NCBI GenBank assembly: GCA_027488165.1
Contig: JAIYCF010000061.1
Location: 1 to 51,312 of the forward strand
Length of the DNA: 51,312 nucleotides
Direction: 5' to 3'
Source: Streptomycetaceae bacterium
GTDB lineage: Bacteria; Actinomycetota; Actinomycetes; Nanopelagicales; Nanopelagicaceae
The position numbers and the translations under genes were made by a program. Shown in pieces: positions 21,030 through 30,893 of the stretch (the first letter of the stretch is position 1; the number at the start of each line of letters is the position of its first letter). Below the pieces are notes generated by a model. It did not search any database. It worked only from the letters and a program-made list of their open reading frames with translations, and was not told where the DNA came from.

Positions 21030-24000
21030 TCACATTCGAACTAAGCAGTCTGGTCCCAAGATAGATTTCAAATCTGCGCTCAAACTTGGCGAAGCAGTTA
21101 CGAGTGCGTCGATCTTCATAGTTGTTAGCACGCCCTGGTCATCGATCTGCATATGTACTTCGCGTTTGCCAGGATGAGAACGCAGAATTTCCTTCATGCG
21201 ATCAACTACTGGTGGTGTGCATTGCGCAATTGGTAGCGAGATTAAGAGTGGGCCAACTGGTCCGGTCGAAACATCGAGGGACTTCATCTCAAGTGCAGTA
21301 AAGCGCAGAACTTCATCGCGACGTTCGAATCGGCCACGCACTGTGACGACGCGGTCTTCAATCAAGGTAAGTGCATATTGATTGTAAGTATTTGAGAAGA
21401 AGAGAACTTCAATCGCGCCTTCGAGATCTTCGAGGCTGACAATTGCCCATGATGAACCTTGACGAGAAACCTTGCGTTGTACGCCGGTAATTAAGCCACC
21501 CAAAGTTACCATTCCATCTGGCGTGCTTTCATCGCTCTGTAACGCGCTAATGGACATGTCGGTATTGGAGCGCAAGATATGTTCAACGCCAAGCAATGGA
21601 TGATCGGAAACGTAGAGACCGAGCATCTCTCTTTCGAAGCTAAGTAGCGTTGATTTATCCCATTCAAAGTTAGGAATCTCGATCTCTAAGCCAGAAACCT
21701 GCGTCATCGATTCCCCGCCGAAGAGATCGAATTGACCAATCGCCTCCGCTCGCTTGGTTTCGATAACTGAATCAATCGCTTCGAGGTGGACAGACATCAG
21801 CGCCTTGCGTGGATGGTTTAGCGAATCAAACGCTCCACCCTTAATCAATGATTCGATTGTTTTCTTATTGCAGACTTGCGCATCAACTTTGGCTAGGAAA
21901 TCACCGAATGAGGTAAATGCACCTTTAGTCGTGCGCCCTGATTTAATCGATGCGACTACGCCTTCCCCAACATTGCGGATAGCTGCTAATCCAAAGCGGA
22001 TATCTTTTCCGCGCGGTGTGTACTCAGCATTTGATTCGTTGACATCAGGAGGAAGCACTTTGATACCCATACGGCGACACTCAGATAAGTAGAGCGCCGA
22101 CTTATCTTTATCATCGCGCACGCTAGTAAGCAGGGCAGCCATATATTCGGTTGGGAAATTTGCTTTGAGATAAGCGGTCCAGAATGAGACAACGCCATAG
22201 CCAGCGCTATGTGCGCGGTTAAACGCGTAATCAGAGAAGGGAATAAGAACATCCCAAAGGCGCTTAATCGCAGCCGTTGAAAAACCATTTTCTTTCATGC
22301 CGGCTTCAAAGGGAACGTATTCCTTATCTAGAATTTCCTTGTTCTTCTTACCCATCGCCTTACGCAAAAGATCTGCGCGCCCGAGTGAGAAGCCAGCAAC
22401 TTTCTGAGCAATAGCCATAACCTGCTCTTGATAAACAATCAGACCGTATGTATCACCAAGAATTTCTTCGAGCACACTCGATAGCTCTGGATGAATTGGT
22501 TCTACCGGTTTGCGACCATTCTTACGATCGGCATAGTTGTTATGCGCATTTTCACCCATAGGTCCCGGGCGATAGAGCGCAATAACCGCTGAAATATCAG
22601 CAAAGGAATCTGGTGCCATGCTGCGAAGGAGCGCGCGCATCGGCCCACCATCGAGTTGGAATACGCCGAGGGTGTCACCACGCGATAAGAGTTCGAACGT
22701 TTTCTGATCTGCCAAAGGTAGATCTTCAAGCACGACATCGATGCCTTGGTTCTCTTTAATATTTAAAAGCGCATCATCTAGAACAGATAAGTTTCGCAGC
22801 CCAAGGAAGTCCATCTTTAGTAGACCAGTTGATTCACAAGCGCCCATATCGAATTGAGTGATGATTGCTCCGTCGGCTTCACGACGGTGAATTGGGATTA
22901 CATCAAGAAGTGGTTCGCGCGAGAGGATGACGCCTGCAGCATGGACGCCCCATTGGCGCTTGAGACCTTCGAGTCCGCGCGCTAAATCAACTACCTTCAT
23001 TGAGTCAGGGTCACCGTTGTAGAGCTCGCGGAATTCTCCGGCTTCACCGTGGCGCGGATCCTGCGGATCAAATACTCCAGAGAGGGAAATGTCTTTACCC
23101 ATCACAGATGGAGGAAGCGCTTTAGTTAACTTTTCACCGATTACATATGGATATCCCAGAACACGGGTGGCATCTTTAATTGATTGCTTAGATTTAATTG
23201 TTCCGTAGGTGATGATTTGGGCTACGCGATCTTCGCCATATTTTTCCGTGGCGTAACGGATCATTTCGCTGCGGCGACGTTCATCGAAATCCAAGTCGAT
23301 ATCAGGCATAGAGATACGTTCTGGATTTAGGAAGCGCTCGAAGAGTAAGCCGTGCTCGATTGGATCAAGTCCGGTGATCCCGAGTGCGTAGGCAACTAGA
23401 GAACCTGCTGCCGATCCACGTCCTGGACCTACGCGAATCCCAACTTTCTTAGCATGCGCTACCAAGTCGGCAACAACTAAGAAGTAGCCAGGAAATCCCA
23501 TCTTGATCATTACATCAAGTTCGTAATTTAAACGGGTGCGATGTTCATCAGTTGCGCGATCGCCAAAGCGATTGACCAAGCCGCGTTCGGCTTCCTTGCG
23601 CAACCATGAATCTTCGGTTTCACCCGGTGGAACCGCGAAGGCTGGCATGAGGTTTTCATCCTCGCGCAGCTTCACATTGCAGCGCTCAGCGATAAGTAAG
23701 GTGTTATCGCAAGCTTCGGGAAGATCTTTGAAGAGTTCGCGCATTTGTGCAGGCGATTTTAAATAAAACTCATCGTTATCAAATTTAAATCGTTTCGGAT
23801 CTGCCAGAGTCGTGCCAGATTGGACGCAGAGCAGCGCCGCATGTGCAGGTGCATCTTCATGGCGGGTGTAGTGCAGATCGTTAGTGGCAAGTAGCGGAAG
23901 TTTTAATTCGCGACCAAGTTTTATTAGATCTTCTCTAACGCGGGTTTCAATATCAATTCCGTGATCCATGAGCTCAAGGAAGAAATTATGTGCGCCGAAA

Positions 24001-24563
24001 ATATCTCGGTAATCACTAGCAGCGCGCATCGCTTCTTTGTAATTTCCCATTCGTAGGCGCGTTTGAATTTCTCCACCTGGGCAACCTGTCGTGGCAATTA
24101 AGCCATCGGCATATTTAGAGAGTAGTTCGCGATCCATGCGCGGCTTGTAGTAATAGCCTTCAAGGGATGCAAGAGATGAGAGTCTAAAGAGATTGGCTAA
24201 CCCATGATTGTTCTCGGCCAAAATAGTCATGTGGGTATAGGCACCACCACCTGAAACATCGTCATCTCCGCCATCAGCCCATTGGACTTTCTTCTTATCA
24301 AAGCGAGACTCTGGTGCAACGTAGGCTTCGATTCCGATAATTGGTTTAACGCCAGCCTTTACCGCCTGCTTATAAAAATCAAAAGCACCGAAGACATTTC
24401 CGTGATCAGTCATCGCAATTGCAGGCATCTCTTGGCGAGCAACTTCTTCTACGAGATCGCCGATACGCGCGGCACCGTCGAGCATTGAATATTCAGTATG
24501 CACATGCAGGTGCACAAATGAATCTTTACTCGCTTTTGGCTGGGTTTGGTTTTCGGCTGTCAC
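21030..24563 (-). CDS. dnaE: DNA polymerase III alpha subunit (replicative DnaE1)
   Basis: PHP domain (HLHVHTEYSMLDG, TDHG, GIEAY, TNDLHY), GPGRGSAAGS, PDIDLDF, KMDFLGL, clamp motif QFDLF, OB fold; 1177 aa with no intein-sized insertion. Confidence 0.97.
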   Translation of the reverse strand: MTAENQTQPKASKDSFVHLHVHTEYSMLDGAARIGDLVEEVARQEMPAIAMTDHGNVFGAFDFYKQAVKAGVKPIIGIEAYVAPESRFDKKKVQWADGGDDDVSGGGAYTHMTILAENNHGLANLFRLSSLASLEGYYYKPRMDRELLSKYADGLIATTGCPGGEIQTRLRMGNYKEAMRAASDYRDIFGAHNFFLELMDHGIDIETRVREDLIKLGRELKLPLLATNDLHYTRHEDAPAHAALLCVQSGTTLADPKRFKFDNDEFYLKSPAQMRELFKDLPEACDNTLLIAERCNVKLREDENLMPAFAVPPGETEDSWLRKEAERGLVNRFGDRATDEHRTRLNYELDVMIKMGFPGYFLVVADLVAHAKKVGIRVGPGRGSAAGSLVAYALGITGLDPIEHGLLFERFLNPERISMPDIDLDFDERRRSEMIRYATEKYGEDRVAQIITYGTIKSKQSIKDATRVLGYPYVIGEKLTKALPPSVMGKDISLSGVFDPQDPRHGEAGEFRELYNGDPDSMKVVDLARGLEGLKRQWGVHAAGVILSREPLLDVIPIHRREADGAIITQFDMGACESTGLLKMDFLGLRNLSVLDDALLNIKENQGIDVVLEDLPLADQKTFELLSRGDTLGVFQLDGGPMRALLRSMAPDSFADISAVIALYRPGPMGENAHNNYADRKNGRKPVEPIHPELSSVLEEILGDTYGLIVYQEQVMAIAQKVAGFSLGRADLLRKAMGKKNKEILDKEYVPFEAGMKENGFSTAAIKRLWDVLIPFSDYAFNRAHSAGYGVVSFWTAYLKANFPTEYMAALLTSVRDDKDKSALYLSECRRMGIKVLPPDVNESNAEYTPRGKDIRFGLAAIRNVGEGVVASIKSGRTTKGAFTSFGDFLAKVDAQVCNKKTIESLIKGGAFDSLNHPRKALMSVHLEAIDSVIETKRAEAIGQFDLFGGESMTQVSGLEIEIPNFEWDKSTLLSFEREMLGLYVSDHPLLGVEHILRSNTDMSISALQSDESTPDGMVTLGGLITGVQRKVSRQGSSWAIVSLEDLEGAIEVLFFSNTYNQYALTLIEDRVVTVRGRFERRDEVLRFTALEMKSLDVSTGPVGPLLISLPIAQCTPPVVDRMKEILRSHPGKREVHMQIDDQGVLTTMKIDALVTASPSLSADLKSILGPDCLVRM

Positions 24564-24582
24564 AGTTGCACAAGATTAGTCG

Positions 24583-25521
24583 TTACGGCAGAACAGCCTC
24601 GGATAGCAACGCCAAGCAAGCCTGAAGGTCAGGTGCATAGGGAGCGTTGAGAACCAGTTCTTCGGATGAGACGGGATGTTTAAAGCGAAGTTCGAGCGCG
24701 TGCAACCAAGGACGTGACATGGCTAACGATTTACCAAGGACTGGATCTGCGCCGTAAGTTGTATCCCCCACAAGCGGATGATTTAAAGCAGAGAAATGCA
24801 CGCGAATTTGATGCGTGCGACCAGTCTCTAATTCAACTTTAACCAACGAGACTGAGCGATAGAACTCAATAACTTCGTAGTGAGTGATGCTCTCTTTACC
24901 TTCGGCGATAACTGCAAAGCGATGATCTTCTTTGGGATGGCGATCAATTGGTGCATCAATTGTTCCGGATACCGGATCCATATGCCCTTGTACCAGTGCG
25001 TGATAAGTCTTTTCGACTTCGTGGTTTCGGAATGCTTCTTTCAACCGAGTGTATGCAATATCGGTTTTAGCAACGATCATTAACCCGCTCGTGCCAACAT
25101 CTAAGCGATGAACAATTCCTGCTCGTTCGGCAGGACCTGATGTAGAAATTGTGTAACCGGCAGCCATCAACGCGCCGACAACTGTAGGCCCCATCCATCC
25201 TGGACTTGGGTGCGCGGCACAACCAACCGGCTTATCAACTACGACAATATGTTCGTCATCGTAAACAACGCGCAGGCCATCAAGTGGAGTAAGTGGGATT
25301 GGATCTTGATTAAGAGGTTCTGGCATCAAGACATCGATAACCTGTCCGCTAGTCACGCGCTCGGACTTAGCCATTGCACGACCAGAAGTTGTAATGTCAC
25401 CATCTTCGAGAAGTTTTACGATGGCGGTGCGTGAAAGCCCAAGGACTCGGGTTAGGGCGCTGTCAATTCGCTCGCCCGCAACTCCTTCAGGAACGCTTAA
25501 TGTGCGCGCTTCGCGGGACAT
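24583..25521 (-). CDS. rluD: RluA/RluD-family pseudouridine synthase with S4 domain
   Basis: N-terminal S4-like domain, VHRLDVGTSG, LETGRTHQIRVH, LHA; directly follows lspA. Confidence 0.9.
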   Translation of the reverse strand: MSREARTLSVPEGVAGERIDSALTRVLGLSRTAIVKLLEDGDITTSGRAMAKSERVTSGQVIDVLMPEPLNQDPIPLTPLDGLRVVYDDEHIVVVDKPVGCAAHPSPGWMGPTVVGALMAAGYTISTSGPAERAGIVHRLDVGTSGLMIVAKTDIAYTRLKEAFRNHEVEKTYHALVQGHMDPVSGTIDAPIDRHPKEDHRFAVIAEGKESITHYEVIEFYRSVSLVKVELETGRTHQIRVHFSALNHPLVGDTTYGADPVLGKSLAMSRPWLHALELRFKHPVSSEELVLNAPYAPDLQACLALLSEAVLP

Positions 25522-26052
25522 TTACGCCTCCTCAGAACTCTCTTTTTTCTCGCCAACGGCTGGTTCTATCGGAGAAATATTCTTAATGGATAGAACCACA
25601 GCGATCACTGTTGCAACCACAATAGCGCTATCTGCGATATTAAATACCGGCCAATTTGGTATCTCAATCCAGTCGATTACATGGCCGGTGAAGAAGCCTG
25701 GTTCGCGAAATATGCGATCAGATAAGTTGCCTAAAATTCCGCCAAGAGCTAATCCGATAACAATTGCCCAACCCTTTGAGGTGATCTTGGGCGCGTAGTA
25801 AGCGATCGCCGCTACGACGCAGCATGCAAAGATTGAAAGGATAAGAGTTGCACCTGTGGCCAAGCTAAATGCTGCGCCAGAGTTTTTTATCAAGGTTAAT
25901 TGCAGAAATGAGCCAATTAATTTGATCGGATCGCGGGGATCTAGGTTAGCGATCGCCCATGTCTTTGTGGCGAAATCAATTATCCAGATAACCCAAGCAA
26001 TGAAATAAAGGCGTACAACTAAACCAAAGTTAGGTTGAGACTTTGGGCGCAC
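25522..26052 (-). CDS. lspA: lipoprotein signal peptidase II
   Basis: D..TK, NSGAAFS, GGILGNLSDR, VIDWI, FNIADS. Confidence 0.96.
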   Translation of the reverse strand: MRPKSQPNFGLVVRLYFIAWVIWIIDFATKTWAIANLDPRDPIKLIGSFLQLTLIKNSGAAFSLATGATLILSIFACCVVAAIAYYAPKITSKGWAIVIGLALGGILGNLSDRIFREPGFFTGHVIDWIEIPNWPVFNIADSAIVVATVIAVVLSIKNISPIEPAVGEKKESSEEA

Positions 26053-26053
26053 T

Positions 26054-26857
26054 TTAGCGCCGCTCTTCCTTCTGCTTGCAGATCATGCAGAGGGTTGCGC
26101 GTGGAAATACTTGCAGGCGGGCTTTACCGATTGGGCTGCCGCACTCTTCGCAATTTCCATAAGTTTTATTGTCGATGCGATCTAGGGCGCGCTCAGTCTG
26201 CAAGACCATATCGCGCGCGTTAATGACAAGTGACATCTCGTGTTCGCGTTCAAAAGTCTTGGTGCCTGAATCTGCTTGATCGTCTCCAGCGCCTTCACCG
26301 GATTCTGAAATCAACTCATCCATTTCGGCTTCAACTTCTGCAAGTTCGCGACGCAGTCGTTCCAGGTCCGCAGCAATTTCATTGCGAACCGCTTTTAACT
26401 CTGCAGCTGACCAAGGGGCTTCACCTTCGCTGGCAGTTACCGGAGTTGGTGCGGCTTTGATTGGTTTAAGCGGCGCAACTTTCTTTCCACTCTTTACTGG
26501 GCGAGGAGGAGGGGGCATTACTAGTCGGCGCTCTTCAATTACTGGTGCAGCAACTGGCGCTACAACTGTTGCAACGCTAACCGTCTGAGATTTTTCATCA
26601 ACGGTAAGAGTTGTCTTTCCAGCTTTAGATGGGAAAGGTCGAGCTGGCGCTTTCTTAACAGCGGCCTTCTTTGCCAGAGCTTTTTTAACAGGTGCTTTTT
26701 TAGCAGGTGCCTTCTTCGCAACTTTCTTGACTGCTGATTTCTTTACTGCAGTTTTCTTGGCTGGAGATTTTTTCGCCGGAGCTTTCTTAGCAGGCGCCTT
26801 TTTTGGCTGGGCCGCCTTCTTTACTGGCTTCTTCGCGGTCTTCTTTTTTGCTGGCAC
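26054..26857 (-). CDS. DksA/TraR C4 zinc-finger protein with N-terminal Lys/Ala/Pro-rich histone-like domain (Streptomyces DdbA-like)
   Basis: KKAPA/KKAAV-type repeats, coiled coil with DDQADSG, CEEC...CMIC zinc finger. Start placed at GTG 26857 (MPAKKK, preceded by AAGGTG); the ORF-track start at 26902 is also possible. Confidence 0.85.
   Translation of the reverse strand: MPAKKKTAKKPVKKAAQPKKAPAKKAPAKKSPAKKTAVKKSAVKKVAKKAPAKKAPVKKALAKKAAVKKAPARPFPSKAGKTTLTVDEKSQTVSVATVVAPVAAPVIEERRLVMPPPPRPVKSGKKVAPLKPIKAAPTPVTASEGEAPWSAAELKAVRNEIAADLERLRRELAEVEAEMDELISESGEGAGDDQADSGTKTFEREHEMSLVINARDMVLQTERALDRIDNKTYGNCEECGSPIGKARLQVFPRATLCMICKQKEERR
26640..26857 (-). repeat. degenerate ~15-nt coding repeats (KKxxx pentapeptides)
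   Basis: AKKPV KKAAQ PKKAP AKKAP AKKSP AKKTA VKKSA VKKVA KKAPA KKAPV KKALA KKAAV KKAPA in the translation. Confidence 0.85.
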
Positions 26858-26963
26858 GCCGCGCACCTTATGCCCTTTTCCACGCGCCTCCAACTCTGCC
26901 ACTCATAGCCCGCATAAATTCTTGAACAGTTCTCAGCAAGGCGGGCGTTAGACTCGCCTCCTT

Positions 26964-29900
26964 ATGAGTTCTCCAAAGATGCGCCCGATTCCCGCTGCGA
27001 TCGATCTCCCAGGTATGGAGCGTTCGATCCTAGATTTCTGGCGTACCAATTCGATTTTTGAGGCGAGCACTCAAGCAAGAGAAGGCGCTCAACCTTGGAC
27101 ATTCTATGAAGGTCCTCCAACTGCCAATGGAATGCCGGGCACGCACCACATCGAAGCGCGCGTATTTAAGGATGTCTTCCCTCGTTACCAAACGATGAAG
27201 GGTAAGTATGTAACTCGAAAAGCCGGTTGGGATTGCCACGGCCTACCTGTAGAAATTGCAGTTGAAAAAGAGTTAGGTTTTTCAGGAAAAGGCGATATTG
27301 AAAAATATGGAATCGCCGCATTCAATGACAAGTGCCGCGAATCTGTAACTCGCCACGTTGATGCATTTACAACCATGACTAACCGCATGGGTTTCTGGGT
27401 TGATTTCGATCAGGCATATTGGACGATGGCTCCTGAATATGTCGAAAGCGTTTGGTGGAGCTTAAAAGAGATCTGGAAGAAAGGTCTCCTTGTTCAAGAT
27501 CACCGCGTTGCGCCATATTGCCCGCGATGTGGAACCGGGCTTTCCGATCACGAATTAGCACAAGGCTACGAAACAGTTACCGATCCATCGGTCTATGTTC
27601 GCTTTCCAGTTACATCTGGCGAATTAGCCGATCTCGGTGCTGCGCTCCTGGTTTGGACCACTACCCCTTGGACCTTAGTTTCTAATACCGCTGTTGCAGT
27701 TCATCCAGATGTTGATTATGCAGTCGCTGAAGTTGTAGTCGAAGAAAACCGTGAGGTCTTGGTTGTTGCGCAAGCACTTCTTAGCGCACTATCCGGTGAG
27801 GTAAATGTTATAAAGGTCATTAAGGGTAAAGATCTAGAACGCGTTACATATAAGCGTCCCCTTGATTTGATTGAGATCCCAGATTCACACTTCATAGTTC
27901 TAGCAACTTATGTGACTACCGAAGATGGAACTGGTTTAGTTCACCAATCCCCTGCTTTTGGCGCCGACGATTTAGCGGTCTGCCGCGGTTATGGCTTGCC
28001 AGTTGTAAATCCAATCGCACCAGATGGAAAGTTTTTGGCGGATGTTCCACTAGTTGGTGGGGTCTTCTTTAAGGAAGCCGATAAGACTTTGGTGAAGGAA
28101 CTTAAGTCACGTGGCGTTCTTTATAAGCACCAACCGTTTGAGCACCCATACCCACATTGCTGGCGCTGTCACACCGCACTCATTTATTACGCACAGCCAT
28201 CTTGGTATATCCGCACCACTTCAATTAAAGATGCGCTGATCCGCGAGAACGAGAAAACTGATTGGCATCCAGAGACAATCAAGACTGGTCGCTACGGTGA
28301 TTGGCTCAATAACAATATTGACTGGGCGCTATCGCGAAATCGTTTCTGGGGTACTCCGCTTCCGATCTGGCGTTGTGAAGATAAGCATGAAGTCTGTGTT
28401 GATTCGCTAGCTGAACTCGGCGCGCTAGCCGGGCAAGAACTTTCCAACCTGGATCCACATCGACCATTTGTTGATGACATCACCTTCCCATGCGCTCAAT
28501 GTTCCAAAGTAATGAATCGCGTACCTGAAGTAATTGATTGTTGGTATGACTCAGGCGCTATGCCATTTGCGCAGTGGGGCTATCCGCATAAGCCTGGTTC
28601 AGTTGAAAAATTCAAGGCTGCTTATCCTGCTGACTTTATCTGTGAGGCTATTGATCAAACGCGCGGCTGGTTCTACACGCTAATGACTATCGGAACCTTG
28701 GTCTTTGATCAAAGTTCTTACAAGAGCGTGCTCTGCCTCGGCCACATTCTCGATAAAGATGGTCGCAAGATGAGCAAGCATCTCGGCAATGTTCTTGAGC
28801 CAATTTCACTGATGGATCAACACGGCGCCGATGCTGTGCGTTGGTACATGTTGGCGGCAGGTTCTCCATGGTCTGCGCGCCGCGTGGGCCACGATGCGAT
28901 TAGCGATGTTGTACGTAAAACTTTGCTTACTTATTGGAACACAATCTCATTCCACACTCTCTATGCCGAAGCATCTGGTTTTGAGCTAAGCCAATCAACT
29001 GCGCTCAAGGATCGCTCGATGATGGATAAGTGGATCATCAGCGAATTAAATGCACTTGTTCAAGAAGTTGATAAGTCATATTCAGAATTTGATTCCCAGA
29101 ACGCAGGAAAGGCGCTGGCTAGATTTATCGATGATCTCTCCAATTGGTATGTGCGCCGTTCTCGTCGCCGTTTCTGGGATGGCGATGCCTCTGCCTTAGC
29201 AACGCTTCACGAATGCCTTGTAACTCTGACTCAACTACTTGCGCCGATGGTTCCATTTATCTCTGAGCATGTTTGGCAAGAATTGGTCAAGGTTGCAGAT
29301 CCATCTGCTGCAGCTTCCGTGCACTTAACCGATTTCCCTATTGCTGATACATCTCTAATCAACTTAGATTTAAATGCGCAGGTTGCGATGACTCGTCGCG
29401 TTGTAGAACTAGGTCGCTCCGCTCGCGCTGAATCGGCGATCAAGATTCGCCAACCACTTCAACGTGCGCTTATCTCAGCAACTGGTTGGTCAACGCTGCC
29501 AAATGACATGAAGGAACAGATCGCAGATGAGTTAAATGTGATTGATCTGGCCGATATCGCAGATGCCGACGGAGATCTAGTTGATATCTCAGTCAAAGCC
29601 AACTTTAAATCTCTAGGCGCCAAATTCGGTAAAGAGGTTCAAGATATTGCCAAGGCGATTGCTGCTACAGATGCCACCGAATTAGTTAAAGGTCTTCGTA
29701 AGACAGGCAGCGCCAAGGTTGGTACTTGGGAGATAGATCTTGCCGATCTAGTCGTTACCGAAGTTCCAAAATCTGGCTGGATGGTGGCAAGCCATGATGG
29801 CGAGTCAGTTGCACTTGATCTAGCGCTAACCCCTGAATTAATTGAAGCCGGAAACGTTCGCGAGGTAATCCGCTTTATCCAAGAGCGTCGCAAAAGCGAT

Positions 29901-30083
29901 GGTTTTGAAATCTCTGATCGAATCTCGGTTCGCTGGAATGCAGAACAATCAGTTGTTTCGGCAGTTACTAGCGCCCAAACCCATATTAGCGATGAGGTAT
30001 TGGCCCTTGAATTCGTACGCGATGAATCAATTGCAACGAGCGATAACGATCTGGGAATTGAAGTAGTACTGAAGAAAGCCTAA
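26964..30083 (+). CDS. ileS: isoleucyl-tRNA synthetase, type 2
   Basis: FYEGPPTANG, GWDCHGLPVE, WTTTPWTL, DWALSRNRFWG, DQTRGWFY, KMSKH; C-terminal domain of IleRS2 type, without the type-1 zinc finger. Confidence 0.96.
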   Translation: MSSPKMRPIPAAIDLPGMERSILDFWRTNSIFEASTQAREGAQPWTFYEGPPTANGMPGTHHIEARVFKDVFPRYQTMKGKYVTRKAGWDCHGLPVEIAVEKELGFSGKGDIEKYGIAAFNDKCRESVTRHVDAFTTMTNRMGFWVDFDQAYWTMAPEYVESVWWSLKEIWKKGLLVQDHRVAPYCPRCGTGLSDHELAQGYETVTDPSVYVRFPVTSGELADLGAALLVWTTTPWTLVSNTAVAVHPDVDYAVAEVVVEENREVLVVAQALLSALSGEVNVIKVIKGKDLERVTYKRPLDLIEIPDSHFIVLATYVTTEDGTGLVHQSPAFGADDLAVCRGYGLPVVNPIAPDGKFLADVPLVGGVFFKEADKTLVKELKSRGVLYKHQPFEHPYPHCWRCHTALIYYAQPSWYIRTTSIKDALIRENEKTDWHPETIKTGRYGDWLNNNIDWALSRNRFWGTPLPIWRCEDKHEVCVDSLAELGALAGQELSNLDPHRPFVDDITFPCAQCSKVMNRVPEVIDCWYDSGAMPFAQWGYPHKPGSVEKFKAAYPADFICEAIDQTRGWFYTLMTIGTLVFDQSSYKSVLCLGHILDKDGRKMSKHLGNVLEPISLMDQHGADAVRWYMLAAGSPWSARRVGHDAISDVVRKTLLTYWNTISFHTLYAEASGFELSQSTALKDRSMMDKWIISELNALVQEVDKSYSEFDSQNAGKALARFIDDLSNWYVRRSRRRFWDGDASALATLHECLVTLTQLLAPMVPFISEHVWQELVKVADPSAAASVHLTDFPIADTSLINLDLNAQVAMTRRVVELGRSARAESAIKIRQPLQRALISATGWSTLPNDMKEQIADELNVIDLADIADADGDLVDISVKANFKSLGAKFGKEVQDIAKAIAATDATELVKGLRKTGSAKVGTWEIDLADLVVTEVPKSGWMVASHDGESVALDLALTPELIEAGNVREVIRFIQERRKSDGFEISDRISVRWNAEQSVVSAVTSAQTHISDEVLALEFVRDESIATSDNDLGIEVVLKKA

Positions 30084-30110
30084 ATAGCCTAAAAGGTTTT
30101 GTAGGTTAAA

Positions 30111-30392
30111 TTAAAGTACGACAACAATGATGCTCTTGGCCAGGCTTATGCCGATTAAAAGCACGATAAATGAGAGATCGATTGCTACTCCACCTAAGCG
30201 CAGTGGAGGCACGAAACGACCAACAAATTTCATTGGTGGATCGGTAATCGAATAAATCAATTCAAAGAATGCGATCAAGAAAGATTTAGGTCGCCAATTT
30301 GGTGCAAAGATTCTGGCGTAATCAACGATTAAGCGAATGAAAAGCGCATACTTGAAGAGATCAAGCAGCGTTAGCAGGAGTGAAGTAATCAT
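30111..30392 (-). CDS. yggT: YggT/YlmG family membrane protein
   Basis: ITDPP...VPPLRLGGVAIDLSF motif, directly after sepF. Confidence 0.9.
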   Translation of the reverse strand: MITSLLLTLLDLFKYALFIRLIVDYARIFAPNWRPKSFLIAFFELIYSITDPPMKFVGRFVPPLRLGGVAIDLSFIVLLIGISLAKSIIVVVL

Positions 30393-30416
30393 TAACCGAA
30401 AGGGAAGTTTCTTAGA

Positions 30417-30884
30417 TCAACTCTGGTTAAAGAAACTCGCTTGAGCCGCTGCGGTCTTATCTTCGCTGCTGACATTTACATTTGCAGGCGAGAGAAGAAA
30501 GACTTTGTGGCTGACGCGTTCGATGCGGCCGTGTAGACCAAATACAAGACCACTTGCAAAGTCAACTAGACGCTTACGTTCGCTCTCTTCCATGTCATCG
30601 AGATTGATGATGACAGGATTTCCTTCGCGGTAGTGCTCGCCCATTTTGCGCGCTTCAGAGTAAGAGCGTGGTTGCAAAGTAACGATGTGGTAATTCGATT
30701 CTTGAACTGGAGCAACTGCGACCGTTGAACCAACGACTGTGACGCCGGCGCGGTCGCGAGATGGACGAGCGATCTCACGAGCAGGGCGTTCGGTGTTGCG
30801 AACTGGAGTTGCTTCTTGTTGTTGAGCTTCTTCATCGGTATCTACCAAACCGAGGTAGCCCATCATTTTATTGAGTGCAGACAT
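30417..30884 (-). CDS. sepF: cell division protein SepF
   Basis: N-terminal amphipathic KMMGYLGL, PRSYSEA, KRLVDFASGL, VFLLSP. Confidence 0.95.
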   Translation of the reverse strand: MSALNKMMGYLGLVDTDEEAQQQEATPVRNTERPAREIARPSRDRAGVTVVGSTVAVAPVQESNYHIVTLQPRSYSEARKMGEHYREGNPVIINLDDMEESERKRLVDFASGLVFGLHGRIERVSHKVFLLSPANVNVSSEDKTAAAQASFFNQS

Positions 30885-30893
30885 AGGTAAAGG

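Noticed and set aside
21030-24563. Intein or split in dnaE1
   Set aside because: Normal length, colinear motifs and no intein signatures.
30084-30110. Possible bidirectional terminator between ileS and yggT
   Set aside because: The stem is short and AT/GU-rich; support is insufficient.
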